A stretch of DNA of 63,169 nt from Folioceros fuciformis (taxonomy: Eukaryota): positions 598,493 to 661,661 of the forward strand of contig JBNGIO010006317.1 in assembly GCA_049999805.1 (NCBI GenBank), given 5' to 3'. Shown here in pieces: positions 51,886 to 63,169 of this stretch; the first letter of the stretch is position 1, and the number at the start of each line of letters is the position of its first letter. The translations under genes and the position numbers were made by a program. Below the pieces are notes generated by a model. That model did not search any database. It saw nothing but the letters and a program-made list of their open reading frames with translations, and was not told the DNA's origin.

Positions 51886-52188
51886 GGATCAAGTAAGAAT
51901 ATCCCTATCCAGAAATTGCTATGGGATAGGTGAAATAAATCATTAAGATACTAATGATGAATGGAAGTGATAGAAATCTATAGCTAAATTAGTGTAACAA
52001 ATCCTCAAAATACTAACCATGAATACAATAGTCATTTGAACTCTATCGAGATCGAAATATTGTTATGTCTAGACACTCTATCGAGTGACCCTACACCCTA
52101 TCGAGTGATCCATAGGGTTTAGGGTTTAAGGTTCAGGGTTTAGGGTTTATGTCTAAAGTCAGTCTATCTAAACCCTAATACTTGATCC
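51886..52188. mobile_element. MITE-like element with 10-bp TIRs and internal telomeric repeats, flanked by (TA)n
   Basis: GGATCAAGTA (51886-51895) / TACTTGATCC (52179-52188); TA runs on both sides; TTTAGGG-like array at 52113-52149. Confidence 0.6.
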
Positions 52189-52202
52189 ATATATATGTAT
52201 AT

Positions 52203-53940
52203 GGATCAACTAAGAATCAGCTCTATCAAGACACATCCCTATCAAGACATTGCTATAGGATTAGTATAATAAATCATTAAAATACTAATGATGAATGGAA
52301 GTGAGCGAAATCTAGCCTAATAAGTGCAACAAATCCCGAAAATACTAACCGTGAATACTCTAGCCATAAAAAATAATACTGTAAGGATCATGATAAGGTT
52401 CAACTCTATCAACATAGTATTCTAAATCAATATCATAAATCCTTAGATTATAAATAATGAATGGTACTGTCATCAAAAATAATTTGAAGATTGGAATAAG
52501 GTTCACTCTATCGAAATATTGTTGTCTATAGGCTATATATGCAAGCACAATCTACTAAAGTTTTGATGTGTTGAACTTGGGCCTTGTTGTTTGCTAACAA
52601 GAGTTGTTGCTTGTCTTGCAAGGTGCGTTGGTAGAATTCGTGCATACCTATCCTTGAAGCCTTGTTTGTGGAGCAATCTCCCCAAGCATGGAATCAGAGT
52701 TTGGATACGATTTTCAGCAAAGCTTGACAATCTTTCTTGGCATGTTCATATATGAGGGGCTTGTGTGATTTTTGTGGAGGCTCATGGACTTGCAACTCTT
52801 ATGTGCAACTTGTAGTATTTATAGGCTTGTAGATCTGGATGGTTTTGAGACGACTCAAATGGGGTATGAAATGCAGGAGTTGATGGATCTTTGGGTTGTT
52901 TGAATTTTCCTCGTCCTCTACAATTCCACCCTTTCGCATGAGTCCGTGAGTTCCTTGTTAAGGATGGATTGATGCACCTTAATGCTTGACAGCAACAAGC
53001 TTCAAAGACCAAGCTTGAAGATTAGATTGTCTATGTATCACTCCCTCATTTCTATCGCATTGGGTTAATGCGCTAGGAATGAGGATGACTATGGATAAAT
53101 ATTCTAATCTCAAGGACTTGGTCTTTCATGCTTATGTTTGCATGTCAACCTTGGAGATGGATAGCAATCCTTCCTTCACAATGTATTCGTGGATTTCTAA
53201 AGCCTAGAATTCGAGAGGAAGGGAACTACAAGCTAACCTAGAGTTCTGCCAACTTCCAATCTCAGACAACATTTAAGCTGATGTCTCTAAGCTTCCATGA
53301 CATTTGAAGCCCCAAAAATGTAGGTGAGGCACTTTGGGGTCATATGCTCTTCTTCAAATCGGAGGATGCTTTCTCAATCATCGTATTACTAAAGGAGTCT
53401 ATGATCTCTTAATAGTTTTAATGTACAAGTTTACGATTGTGTTAATAAAGATAGAGGATAACAATTCGTGTAGCCTCGAAGCGGAGTAGGCCAACCTTGA
53501 TGCTTTGTTGAAAGTTATATGCCCCTTCATTCTTTGTTCCTTAAATTAGAAGTCATTAGAAATGTTGTGACTTACTTTTAATTTGAAATTATTTTTATTT
53601 TTTCCTTTTTATTTGTCTTTTTTTTTATATTCCTTGATCGATTTTAATACGTATAATATTTCTTCATATCAAGATCAATAGGTCGCTAAACCCTAAACCC
53701 TAAACCCTAAACCCTTTAAACTAGACGACCTTTTCACTATTATGTGTCGATTTTACGATTGCAAGTATTCTTAGTTAAGGGTCGCCTAATTTGATATTTA
53801 ATTGCCCTGTTTGGTAAGAGAATTTCTTTAGGACCAAGAGTGGGTGGCGTTCTCAACCAAGTAGTTTTACAAATACAATTAATTAATGTTTGCAATTTCA
53901 CTTACAATCATAAGAACCTGTAACATATTAGAACTTGATC
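52203..53940. mobile_element. Longer related copy of the TIR element (right end uncertain)
   Basis: Begins GGATCAACTAAGAAT; 52203-52358 is a direct paralogue of 51886-52026; CCCTAAA array at 53686-53715; candidate ends CTTGATCG at about 53633 and 53935. Confidence 0.45.
53686..53715. repeat. Interstitial plant telomeric repeat (CCCTAAA) x about 4
   Basis: ctaaaccctaaaccctaaaccctaaaccct. Confidence 0.92.
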
Positions 53941-54117
53941 GAAAATAGTTCATGTTGCGAGATAAAGACAAATAATATCGTGATTATAACTGTACATGTA
54001 TGATAGTGTAGTGTATCGAACTAGGGTTTATGGTCTTCTAAATGGAGGTGGGTTTGTCGTTTCCTAAGACATGATTAGATCTGCGGGGAGAAAACCGGGT
54101 TGAGTAATGCTGAGGAA

Positions 54118-54952
54118 ATGTGGGTTAATATGCTGTGCTTCGAGACGATGGATCCGCTGGTACGTGACCGCATCCGTATCTGCTCCTTAGCGCCGGAGAT
54201 TGTGGCGCGCATACAGTTAGATGCAGCTGATGCTTTGGAAAGAGAGACGCTGGAGCTGAAGAGACTGGCAGCGACGGCATTTCGTAAGAAGCACAAGAAA
54301 CAGCTTGATCTGACCCGGTACAGAAGAACAGCAAGTGCACATCGTGAAAGCCAGAGTCGGACGAGAAGTGCTCTACTTTGGAGGATCGACGAACGTTGAA
54401 CATGCTGAAGAAATGGACGATCTTATGAGCATAAACCTGCACCTGCTCCAGAAGATGGGGCTTGCTGACTGACCTCATCCTGCAAGCTTGGAGCTGAACT
54501 ATCCTGTGCAGGAATACTTCGGGCTGTTGACCCCCCGGATTCTGGGAACCACGAATGTACTGGAGTTTCGGGAGTACATGAGAACAGAGGTGTCTGATAA
54601 TGGAATCCGGCGGGATCTTGTTCCCGGCTTGCACGGCGTCTACAGAGTCTTCGAGAAGTACAAGGTGCAAGGACCGGGGGGACCACTTGTATTTGAACGT
54701 GAGATGGTCCCTGGGAGATTTTATGTCTGGCTCTTCAACCCCACTTCTAAACGCATGGTTCAGGTGGTCGGCGAGAACAGCAGCAGATTCAATGCGTCAT
54801 TCGAGTTTCTGGAAGATGCAGCTTCCTCGCACGACAAGAAGCTTATTGAGATCGGTGCTCTGGGCAAATGAATGCTTCATTTCCAGGTGGAGAAGTACGT
54901 GGGAGAGATCGGGCAGTGGCTGCGGCTACAGGGTTCCTCTGGATCTTGTTGA
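54118..54952 (+). pseudogene. Highly diverged double AP2-domain gene relic, intronless
   Basis: LTRYRRT..AH(fs)IVKARVGREVLYFGGSTNVEHAEEMDDLMSINL..*..LELNYPVQEY; linker EFREYMR..GLHGVYR; GRFYVWLFNP..FEFLEDAASSHDKKLIEIGALGK*MLHFQVEKY; stops at 54470 and 54869. Confidence 0.55.
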
Positions 54953-55155
54953 AGAGCAGGAACTTGATTCCCCCAGATCGTGGTTGCGGCGGATCTGGCC
55001 TCTTTCTTGTCTCCCTGAAGGTATGTTGGGTACTTTGTTGTTCAGGTACGTGCTAGGGAGGGTACATTTTGTAGAAGGCAGGCCGCATCCGGTGAGGGAA
55101 GGGCATGCAGTCCTGTAATCTTGCGGACTTTGTAGGCCCCATCATGAGTTCTTTG

Positions 55156-57233
55156 TTAATGGCGGTGAATCCGGTATGATGTGTAAGCGCTGTCGTCTCC
55201 AGCCAGGGCTTCTCTTAGCAGCTGCAAAATCCGGCCCTCTCCTGGCAGTGCTTTGGAGCCGGTGTTGCCTAGCCGTCTTGCAAGTAGTGCGTACTCGTCT
55301 TGTGGATCACTCTGATCCACAGCTTCATCTTCCGTCTCAGAGGGCTGTACTTGCTCTACGGTTATCACCAACGATCCGATGCTTGAGAGCATACCGTTGT
55401 CCAGTGTCATGAGGTTTAGCTGCACCCCGTTGGGCAGAGCATCTGCACGGAAAGGCATTGGCAGTGGTAATTCGCTGGATGATGCAAATGTCAAAGCCCA
55501 GTCCTGTACAGTGGCAACCACCTGCAAAAAAGACCGTATCCGACTGGTGAGTGTTGAGCATCTTTTCCATTCCGTGAAATGGTGTGAAAGAATTGGAAGC
55601 AACCTTCATGATGAGCTCACCTTGGAGACATCGTCCGAAATTACAGGGATGTGTAAGAGTTCAGAGGTGCTTGCACGACCGAACATCTTTTTCCAGGGTG
55701 AGCTCTCGTGTTTGGATTTGCCTTTGGAGCCAGAAGGTCGTTGAGACGGTGTGGTCCACGACCAAAACCGCCAGAAGGCCCCTGCACGCATTTTCAGATC
55801 TGCATCCTGTCGAGCTTTCTGCTGAGCCGGTGTCTCTTTTCCTGCTGCTGAGCCTGACATGGCAAGCAAGAAGGATGAGAAACATGAGCCATGGACAAGT
55901 GAACTTCTAGAAGCTCCTTTCATGCTTGATGTGCAAACTCACGATGTAGGGCAGCTTCAGCCTGATCCTTCATTCTGCGCTGGAATGCCCGTGCTGNNNN
56001 NNNNNNNNNNNNNNNNNNNNNNNNNNNNNNNNNNNNNNNNNNNNNNNNNNNNNNNNNNNNNNNNNNNNNNNNNNNNNNNNNNNNNNNNNNNNNNNNTACT
56101 CAAGAACTGGCAGGTCTTCCTTCTCCACATAATGGATGCAGTTCACAGGGCAGGCATCGATCGCAATCTGACACAGCGAGGGCCACTCGTGAGTGGCATC
56201 TTTGCAACGAGCAGCCCAACCTCTATAACAAAAACAATGTGTTCAGGACACTCCAATCACCTTGATTCGCTGGTCAGGGTCTCCCCATTGAGTTCTCACA
56301 CGCGCAGACCCCCCTGACTCATCCATGCCAAACGTATTTCTCGCCACGAAAACACATTCCCTACAACCTGCAAGACTGTGCTGTTTACCCAATCTGCCCA
56401 ACACCAAGCTGCCGCAGCTGGAATTGCCCAAAACTAATGCACAAAACACATACCAACACAAGCATTCTCATCAACAAAAATGCCCTGCGGCCTGTCTGGC
56501 CCCTGCCATGTGCTGTACGGCATGCCTGTAAATGAGCCGTGCCCACACGCTCGGATGACCGTCTTGTAGGAATGAGCAGCATCGTACGCCGCTCTGCGAT
56601 CCCCATCCATCAGCGTCTCGTAGGCTTCATTGACCAAAAGTGCAATAGCATGGCCCTGGGAGAAGCACCAACCGTCACGAAATCAAAATCCCTTCCTCCC
56701 TCATCACAACCGGCTGTCACATTCACACCACCAAACAACATGACGAATGTAAAGCTCCTCTGACAACCTCCAAACCAGCGACATCAGGATGGTACTTCTT
56801 CTGCAAAAGCCTGTACGCCTTCCGAATATCCGCAGACGAGGCATCAATTGCAACACCGAGCAGTTCATAGTGATCCTGTTGATGACTCGCAATCTGAGAC
56901 CCAATCCCCCGTCTCTCCCCTGCCGCCGCACACCTAGTGAAATAAACGAGATGCCTGGATGTCGTCAAATAACTACTCCTGCAAAATCCCACACCAAGCC
57001 CGCGGATCAACACTCCAGTCCGCCTCCCCCTCGTCTCGCAAGATCTTCCAAACGGCACAACCAACCCACCTAAGCTCATCGCGCGCGTCCTTTGTTCCCA
57101 TCGAGTGATGAATCAAAGACACCACTCGAAGGCTCTTGGGACCGAGCAGACAAAAACTCCTGCTACCTCCCGTGTGCACATTCGGAGCACCAGACGAGAG
57201 AGGCCCCACAGACATCCTTCCTGCCAGCTCCAT
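55156..57233 (-). CDS. Chloroplast DnaJ-ferredoxin protein (DJC76/CDJ3-5-like), interrupted by assembly gap
   Basis: J domain DHYELLGV..IRKAYRLLQKKYHPD..VNEAYETL; Fer4-like IFVDENACVGCRECV..QWGD..IAIDACPVNCIHYV; C-terminal ETPAQQKAR and FASSSELPLPMPFR. Confidence 0.9.
55997..56096. other. Assembly gap (100 N)
   Basis: Run of exactly 100 n characters. Confidence 1.
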
Positions 57234-58284
57234 CCCACGCGCAGCCCCCGAGCTCGCTGAAATGCTCGTGAGCCAAAATCACACCCCAATTCAACTCATC
57301 CAAAGGCCCGGGGACGGAGCCCTACAAATTGTTGAGGAGGCAAAGTTCTGCCACCGAATTCCCGGTGTGGAAGAATGCAAGCTACGTCACGCACACCAGG
57401 GGCCGGGCCGGGCAGGACGGGAGAGCGGAGAGCTCGGGAGCTGTGACGAAGACAGATCTCTGCAGCCCGCGATTGCCACAAGGGCACGCAGGGCCGATTT
57501 GCAGCCTCTCGAACGCCAGCCCGAGCAGAAAGGAAGGTAGATACCAAAATATCTGCCTCGCTTCTTCCATGTCAGCATCGACGGTCGGGCATGCTGTGAA
57601 GCCGGCAGGGCGTGGGGTCTTGCGGGCTTTGTGCTAAGAGCGCCATTCCACCTTTCGTAACCTTCTGTCTCCCAGTTTGGCACGGGAAATCAAGGATTAC
57701 ATTTTAATATACTTATGTTACAATTATCTTCCGGTTTCGCGGAAAGACAATCGCGGTTAGCATTTATGTACTGTGGGTAAGGTGAAGTAAAGGGTCTGAT
57801 CCGGAGACATTAGGTGTTGTCAAATCGGAACGCGGGGAAAGACATTATCCACTCAGTTGGTATCCAGGCGTCTGGAAAGGCGAGGATTGTGGATGAGGAG
57901 AGCGTTTTTCGGGAGGCCGGAAGGCCGGAAGGATCTGCGTCGGAGTGCGAGAGAGCGCATTGCTGGCGCACCGATTTCGGGCGCGAATGCCCGTGCCCTG
58001 GAACGAGTATTTATACTAATATGGACGAAGTCGGTGACAAATCCAGGCTGCTTGGCAATGCTCCTGGGGCGAGCACTGCCCGAAATTTGATCCAAATGCG
58101 CTTGTCTTATCCGCTGAGCGGGGCCACTGAATGGTCCTCGGCTTCCTGGAGGGGAAGATGCTGAGTTCGTGTTCGCTTTGAGTGTGTGGCTGCTCGGGGC
58201 ACTGCGTTGAACGTGGAGATGGCCTGATGAAAATGCTGCTTCTAGGGGCCTGCATTGTGGGCAGTCGGTCGCAGGGCCGTGAGC

Positions 58285-60950
58285 ATGGTGGGCTCGCATG
58301 TGGGGCAGTCTCTGCGGAATTTGAGGGCGGTGAGGGCGGACAGGCCTGCTGCTGTGTGCCAGGGCCGGGTGAGGACGGGCGCGGAACTGGTGGACCGGGT
58401 GGCAGCGCTGGCCCTGGGGCTCCTCCGGTTGGGGCTCCGTCCGGGGGATAGAGTGTGCCTGGCTGCACTTAACAGGTGCGTGGATGTGGGATGGATTTTT
58501 GGGCTGGGAAGGGGAGGTGGGTTGATTGCTGATTTTGTTGGGTGGTTGGCAGTGAGAAGTATCTCGAGTGGCTGCTGGCGGTTCCTTGCGCAGGTGGTAT
58601 CGTTGCTCCGTTGAATTACCGCTGGGTAGGTATTGGATGTGCTGGGTTGGCGAGAGTTTGCGAGGCAGGGGACTGTGCGGGGTTTGGTTTTCATTTTGGG
58701 AGGGGTGTTTGTGATGCAGAGTGCGGAGGAAGCCAGTGAGGCTGTGGGGCTGGTTGGGCCTCGTTTTTTTGTGTGTGACGAGACTTGTGTGGGGTGGTGC
58801 GACGTCTTTAAACAGCGACATGTGGTGAGCGATTTTTTTATTCTCATCTCGACATGTCCGAGGGCGGACGGGGATTGTAAGTGATAGTGACGTGGGCTTG
58901 TTCGAGTGTTTTGTGTGGCTTTGGTGTTTTGTGGGTAGTGAGTGACATTGTTGCGAATGTGACTCATGGGACGGGTGCAGTTGTCGATGCCGAGCTGTTG
59001 ATCCAGTCGGCTGGTCCCAAACCCGAGCTGGTGCTTCGGCATTCTCCAGATGGCATCGCTCTCATTTGCTTCACTTCAGGTGAGCTTCACGTTCTGCAGA
59101 GTAGGGTGGATAATGAGATCCTGGTGGATGGGATGAGCTGGGGTGTCCTGAAGTGTTTTTTTTGGCTTACAGGGACGACCGGGAGGCCCAAGGGGGCCTC
59201 TATCAGCCATGATGCGATCGTGATCCAGTCTTTAGCTAAGCTTGCAGTTGTGGGATACAGTGCAGAGGATGTAAGTTGAAGTTGAGATTTGTGCGTTGGT
59301 TACGCGTAGTGTTGGGCCCCCTCTTGGAATAAGGTCTCACGGAGGCGTTTCTGATGCCTGCAGGTGTTTCTTCATAGTGCACCCATGTGCCACATTGGAG
59401 GAATCTCCTCCAGCCTTGCGATGGTCATGGCTGGGGGGTGCCAGATATTCTTGCCCAAGTTCCAAACAGACCAGCTGTTGGAGGCGACGCACAAGTTCAA
59501 AGCGACGGCGATGATCACGGTCCCTGTCATGGTGGCTGACATGGCTTCCTCTGGCTACCTGTCTGCAAGGTTTGGGGCTCTCTCACAGACCTAGGCCCTG
59601 GACGGTTGCGGTTGTTGCAGCATGCGGTGGAATGCGGATGGGTCATGCCGAGTGTCGTTGTTTGCAGGACGGGGGATGAAACGCTCTTTCCAAGTGTGAA
59701 GACCATTCTCAACGGTGCTGGAGGTTTCCCAACGTCCATGCTGCACTTCGTGACTCGTTCTTTTCCTAACGCCCGGATCATGTCAGCTTATGGTGAGGCA
59801 TGCGACCTCCTGTTTCCTCGGCAAGGATATGGCAAGGTAGAAACTTCTGACACCCTGTGTCTTCCGGTCCAGGGATGACGGAAGCTTGCTCTTCCATGAC
59901 CTTCAAACTGATCCACGACGTGGGCATTCGAGCGGAAACAGGTGAGAGGCGTGGCCCTCGCCATCTTGGAGGTGTCTGTGTGGGAAAACCAGCACCGCAT
60001 GTGGAGATGGCGATTCGAACAAAAGGAGACTCGTCTGGAGGGCCGTTTGTTGAAGGAAACGTGTTGACAAGGGGCCCCCATGTGATGTCCTTCTACTGGG
60101 GTGATCCTCAGCAGACGGCAGGTGCATTGAGCAAGGACGGCTGGCTGGACACAGGGGACATTGGATGGTTCGATAAGCAGGGTGAAGTATGGCTGTTGGG
60201 GCGTGAAAAGGATGTCATCAAGACGGGCGGCGAGAACGTGTATGCATCCGAGGTAGTACTTGCTGGTCGTTCCCGGCGCCCGTCTCGATGTGTGTGGAAG
60301 CAACGGGGTTGGTCCACTCGTTTCGTGTAGTTTGTGAACATGCAGCCGATCCTGCCCATGCTCATGGTCTGCTATTTGGATCATGTCAGGTGGAAGCAGC
60401 CTTGGTGACGCACCCGGCTATTCTGGCTGCGGCTGTGGTGGGCATTCCAGACCCTCGGCTGAACGAAGCCGTGGCTGCTCTAGTCCGCCTTCACCAAGGA
60501 TGGAAATGGGAGGCCAGCACGCTTAGAAGCCACGGTGGCAACGCAGCGCCAATCCCGTCTCTTAGAGTAGAGCAAACCTCGGCATCGGCAAGCGACCTCG
60601 ACCACAACGTGGTTTCCTCCTCTTCTCTCAGACTACACTGCCAAAAATTAGGACTGTCCAGGTACGCCCGGCTTCCTCCCCCCTTCCTCCAGTGCGTTCC
60701 GATGCTGCAATCCACTGTACTTGTTCGTCTCTCATTGGTGACCTTCCTGACAGTTCTGCTGCCTTGCCTTGCCTTGCCTTTCCCTGCCCTGCCGTCCCAT
60801 TCCTGCAGGTACAAGGTGCCCAAAATCATCCTCATGCAGGAGGATGCCTTTCCTGCAACACCCACAGGGAAAGTGAAGAAAGATGCCGTGAGTGCCGTCC
60901 TACTCGACAAGCTCAACCAAGCGGTCAGAGCTGCAAGCAGCAGACTGTGA
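58285..60950 (+). CDS. AAE14: o-Succinylbenzoate-CoA ligase (phylloquinone pathway), multi-exon, C-terminal PTS1
   Basis: GGIVAPLNYRW, LICFTSGTTGRPKG..SH..QSLAKLAVVGY, FLHSAPMCHIGGISS, SAYGMTEACSSMTF, GGVCVGKPAPHVE, GWLDTGD, IKTGGENVY, YKVPK..TGKVKK; ends SRL-stop. Confidence 0.9.
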
Positions 60951-63169
60951 GAAGGGCACACAGCCCTCCATCACAACACCATACCCAGCATCCGCGAAAT
61001 CCAAAATGCTGGTACCCATAGTTCAATGTTTGCACACAAAGCCACCACCGACATATTCTCCAAACCAGTTATGGGCTGTTCTCATTTTCATCTCCCACTC
61101 CCCGCCTCTTCAGCAAACGCCCCCCTTCGCAGCACAACCCGGATTCCTAAACCCACCCCTCCTGTTGGCAGCAGAAACCGATAAACTTAGCATTATCCTA
61201 TCGTCGCACAAGCCAGCGGTGGACGGGAGTGGGGGCCGGAATCGGGCCCCCCTTCTCGTACCACCACTGAAGCAGGAAAGTCGCAGGCAGCTCCCCCCCC
61301 TGAGTCAGGCGGCCTGTACCTCCGTGGCGTACAGAAACGCCAAAGCGAGAAGGAAGCCCGGAGGAAGTTGGGCTCAGCGCGTGCCGCTGGTACATATGGA
61401 TCTACTTTAACCACCACTGTTCGTAGGTTCAGTGCCCGCTGGAAGAGAAATGGGCAAAGTATACCGTCGATGCCGCATCGACCTCTCATCTGGCGGGCCA
61501 TGTGGTCGACCCAAATCCATGTCTGGTGTGTGTGAAACACGCACCCCCGTCAACAACGCAGCACACCGCCTCCCAACACTAAGGTACCATCTGCACAATA
61601 ATATGCTAAGGACTGAAGACCCTTGATCCGTGTCCTGAACATGCTTGATCCCTGTCCGATTAGAAAGTCCTCCCCACCAAACAAACCTGTTTGCTAACCT
61701 GCAAAGACTCCTCTCCCACACAGGCACTGCCGGCATCACCTACACAAGAAACCCCGTAGTTCCTGGCACCCCGATTCCAATTCCCATTCCCATCACCAGC
61801 ACAGGAAGACGAAGACTGTTTAGGGTGGGTTCACGGCGGAGGGACTCGAGCCGAGGAAGGCGGGAGAGTTGGTTAATTTCCGTTGGGCAGGCGTATGTCG
61901 GGGCGAGGTCACAGGGGGACGGAAGACCAAAGGGATGCAAGAATATTCCTATCTAAACCCGGGCCCCACCGCCCAACGCGCTTACTGCAATCGGAAGGCA
62001 TAACCTGCATCTCTATGTGACATAAACATCACGGAACCCGCATCCAACATGCTACCGACGCCGTCCCTTCCCCTTCGCACTTCCCTCCCGGCTTCCTCCA
62101 TTGTCGCTTACCGCCACTGGCAGGTCCCACTCCATGTATCTCTCTCCCCACTATGTACAGTATGTGCGAAAGACCGACCAGCCAAGCCAAGCCAAGGACA
62201 TGCGCAGAAGACATCTGGCAAGTCGCACCGGGCGGAGGTGCTCCGCAACGACACTTGAGAAAAACGCCTTTGAAGGATGTGGCAAGCAGCAAATTTGCCA
62301 TCCTGAGATATGGAGATGGAGAGGCCGTCGGTGTACCCAGGTACCAGCCTCCTCACACTCCATCAGGTTCTCAACCTCGTGTAGATCGCTCCTGCCGCCT
62401 GGCCTTACGGCTACTGAAGCTTCGGGTCAGCTGCTCCAGGATTATTTATTACAAGGTGGGATCCCCACAACTCTTCCGTTTTGCGTTCAGAATGTGTTAC
62501 AGACGCTAGCTGGTCAATCGTGCTTCACCGCCTTTTTCTCCAGCTTCTTCGGTGGCCGGTCCTGGGGCTCTCACTGCCAACATTCAACACCCGGTCCCCG
62601 ACCGGGTACATTGCACGGCAGCCGCTGTCTCCACATTTGGGGGGAATGCCATTCGTGCGGGTACCTTTCTTCAAACTATCTTTGTGCATAAGCAGCATAG
62701 GGAGATAATATTAAGCCACCACCGTCCGCGGAGCAGCTCCACCACGACACACCAACCTGGAAGCCTGGAAGCATGGAAGCATGGCAAGCAGCGGGCAGCG
62801 GCATTATCCCTGATGCCCGAGGGCTGTGATGAAGCCCCGAGCAACACGCCTTCGCGGCGCATCACATTCTGCCTGTAGACGTTGGTAGAGTCTGGCCCGT
62901 GTGTTTGGAGGCGGCCAGTTCCTTCACCCGGTCCTTTCTTCATTCCCCCGTTTCGTGTCCCTGGTTTCGAGAACGTCGCAAAGTTCAGTGAAAAAGCGTC
63001 CCCCCGGAACGACTAGGCCCCACAGCGGCACGCCAAGCTCTGCTTCCGCGGACCGGGCAGCTGCGACGCGGTTGGAATCGTCGTGCATGGACGCGTCTCA
63101 TGACTCGAAGGGACGGATTCCTGCGCCGTCGTGCCCACAGCAGGAGCAGCAGCAGCGAGCCAGCCAGCC

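Noticed and set aside
57853-59042. 322-aa and 266-aa minus-strand ORFs
   Set aside because: Low-complexity Pro/His/Thr-rich antisense shadows of AAE14 exons and GT-rich introns.
36915-60950. GDSL + dirigent + CoA ligase as a biosynthetic gene cluster
   Set aside because: The ligase is the housekeeping MenE, unrelated genes intervene, and there is no co-expression evidence.

Overview
Gene-dense eukaryotic (land plant) nuclear DNA with short, mostly GT-AG introns. It is most likely a hornwort (Anthoceros-like), inferred from GRP/GQP-terminated DYW:KP-type PPR genes, compact gene structure and TTTAGGG repeats. Apparently intact genes, in order: GOLD-domain protein, intronless PMT/QUA3-like methyltransferase, eIF3e, isoamylase ISA1, M17 leucyl aminopeptidase, double GST-N/glutaredoxin-fold protein, PHT1 phosphate transporter, three GDSL esterases, tRNA-Ala(AGC), F-box protein, TRM5-like methyltransferase, dirigent protein, DnaJ-ferredoxin (interrupted by a 100-N gap) and AAE14/MenE. 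Between them lie three decayed PLS-PPR loci, a non-LTR retrotransposon relic, a copia gag relic, MITE-like elements and a highly diverged double-AP2 relic. Most notable: (1) both long PPR relics combine a C-terminal DYW:KP (candidate U-to-C editing) domain with an N-terminal motif matching the PDF motif of organellar ssDNA-binding OSB proteins; (2) a TA-microsatellite-embedded TIR element family that carries telomeric repeats; (3) the cryptic AP2 relic. Multi-exon gene coordinates are start-to-stop spans read by eye; no database searches were run.
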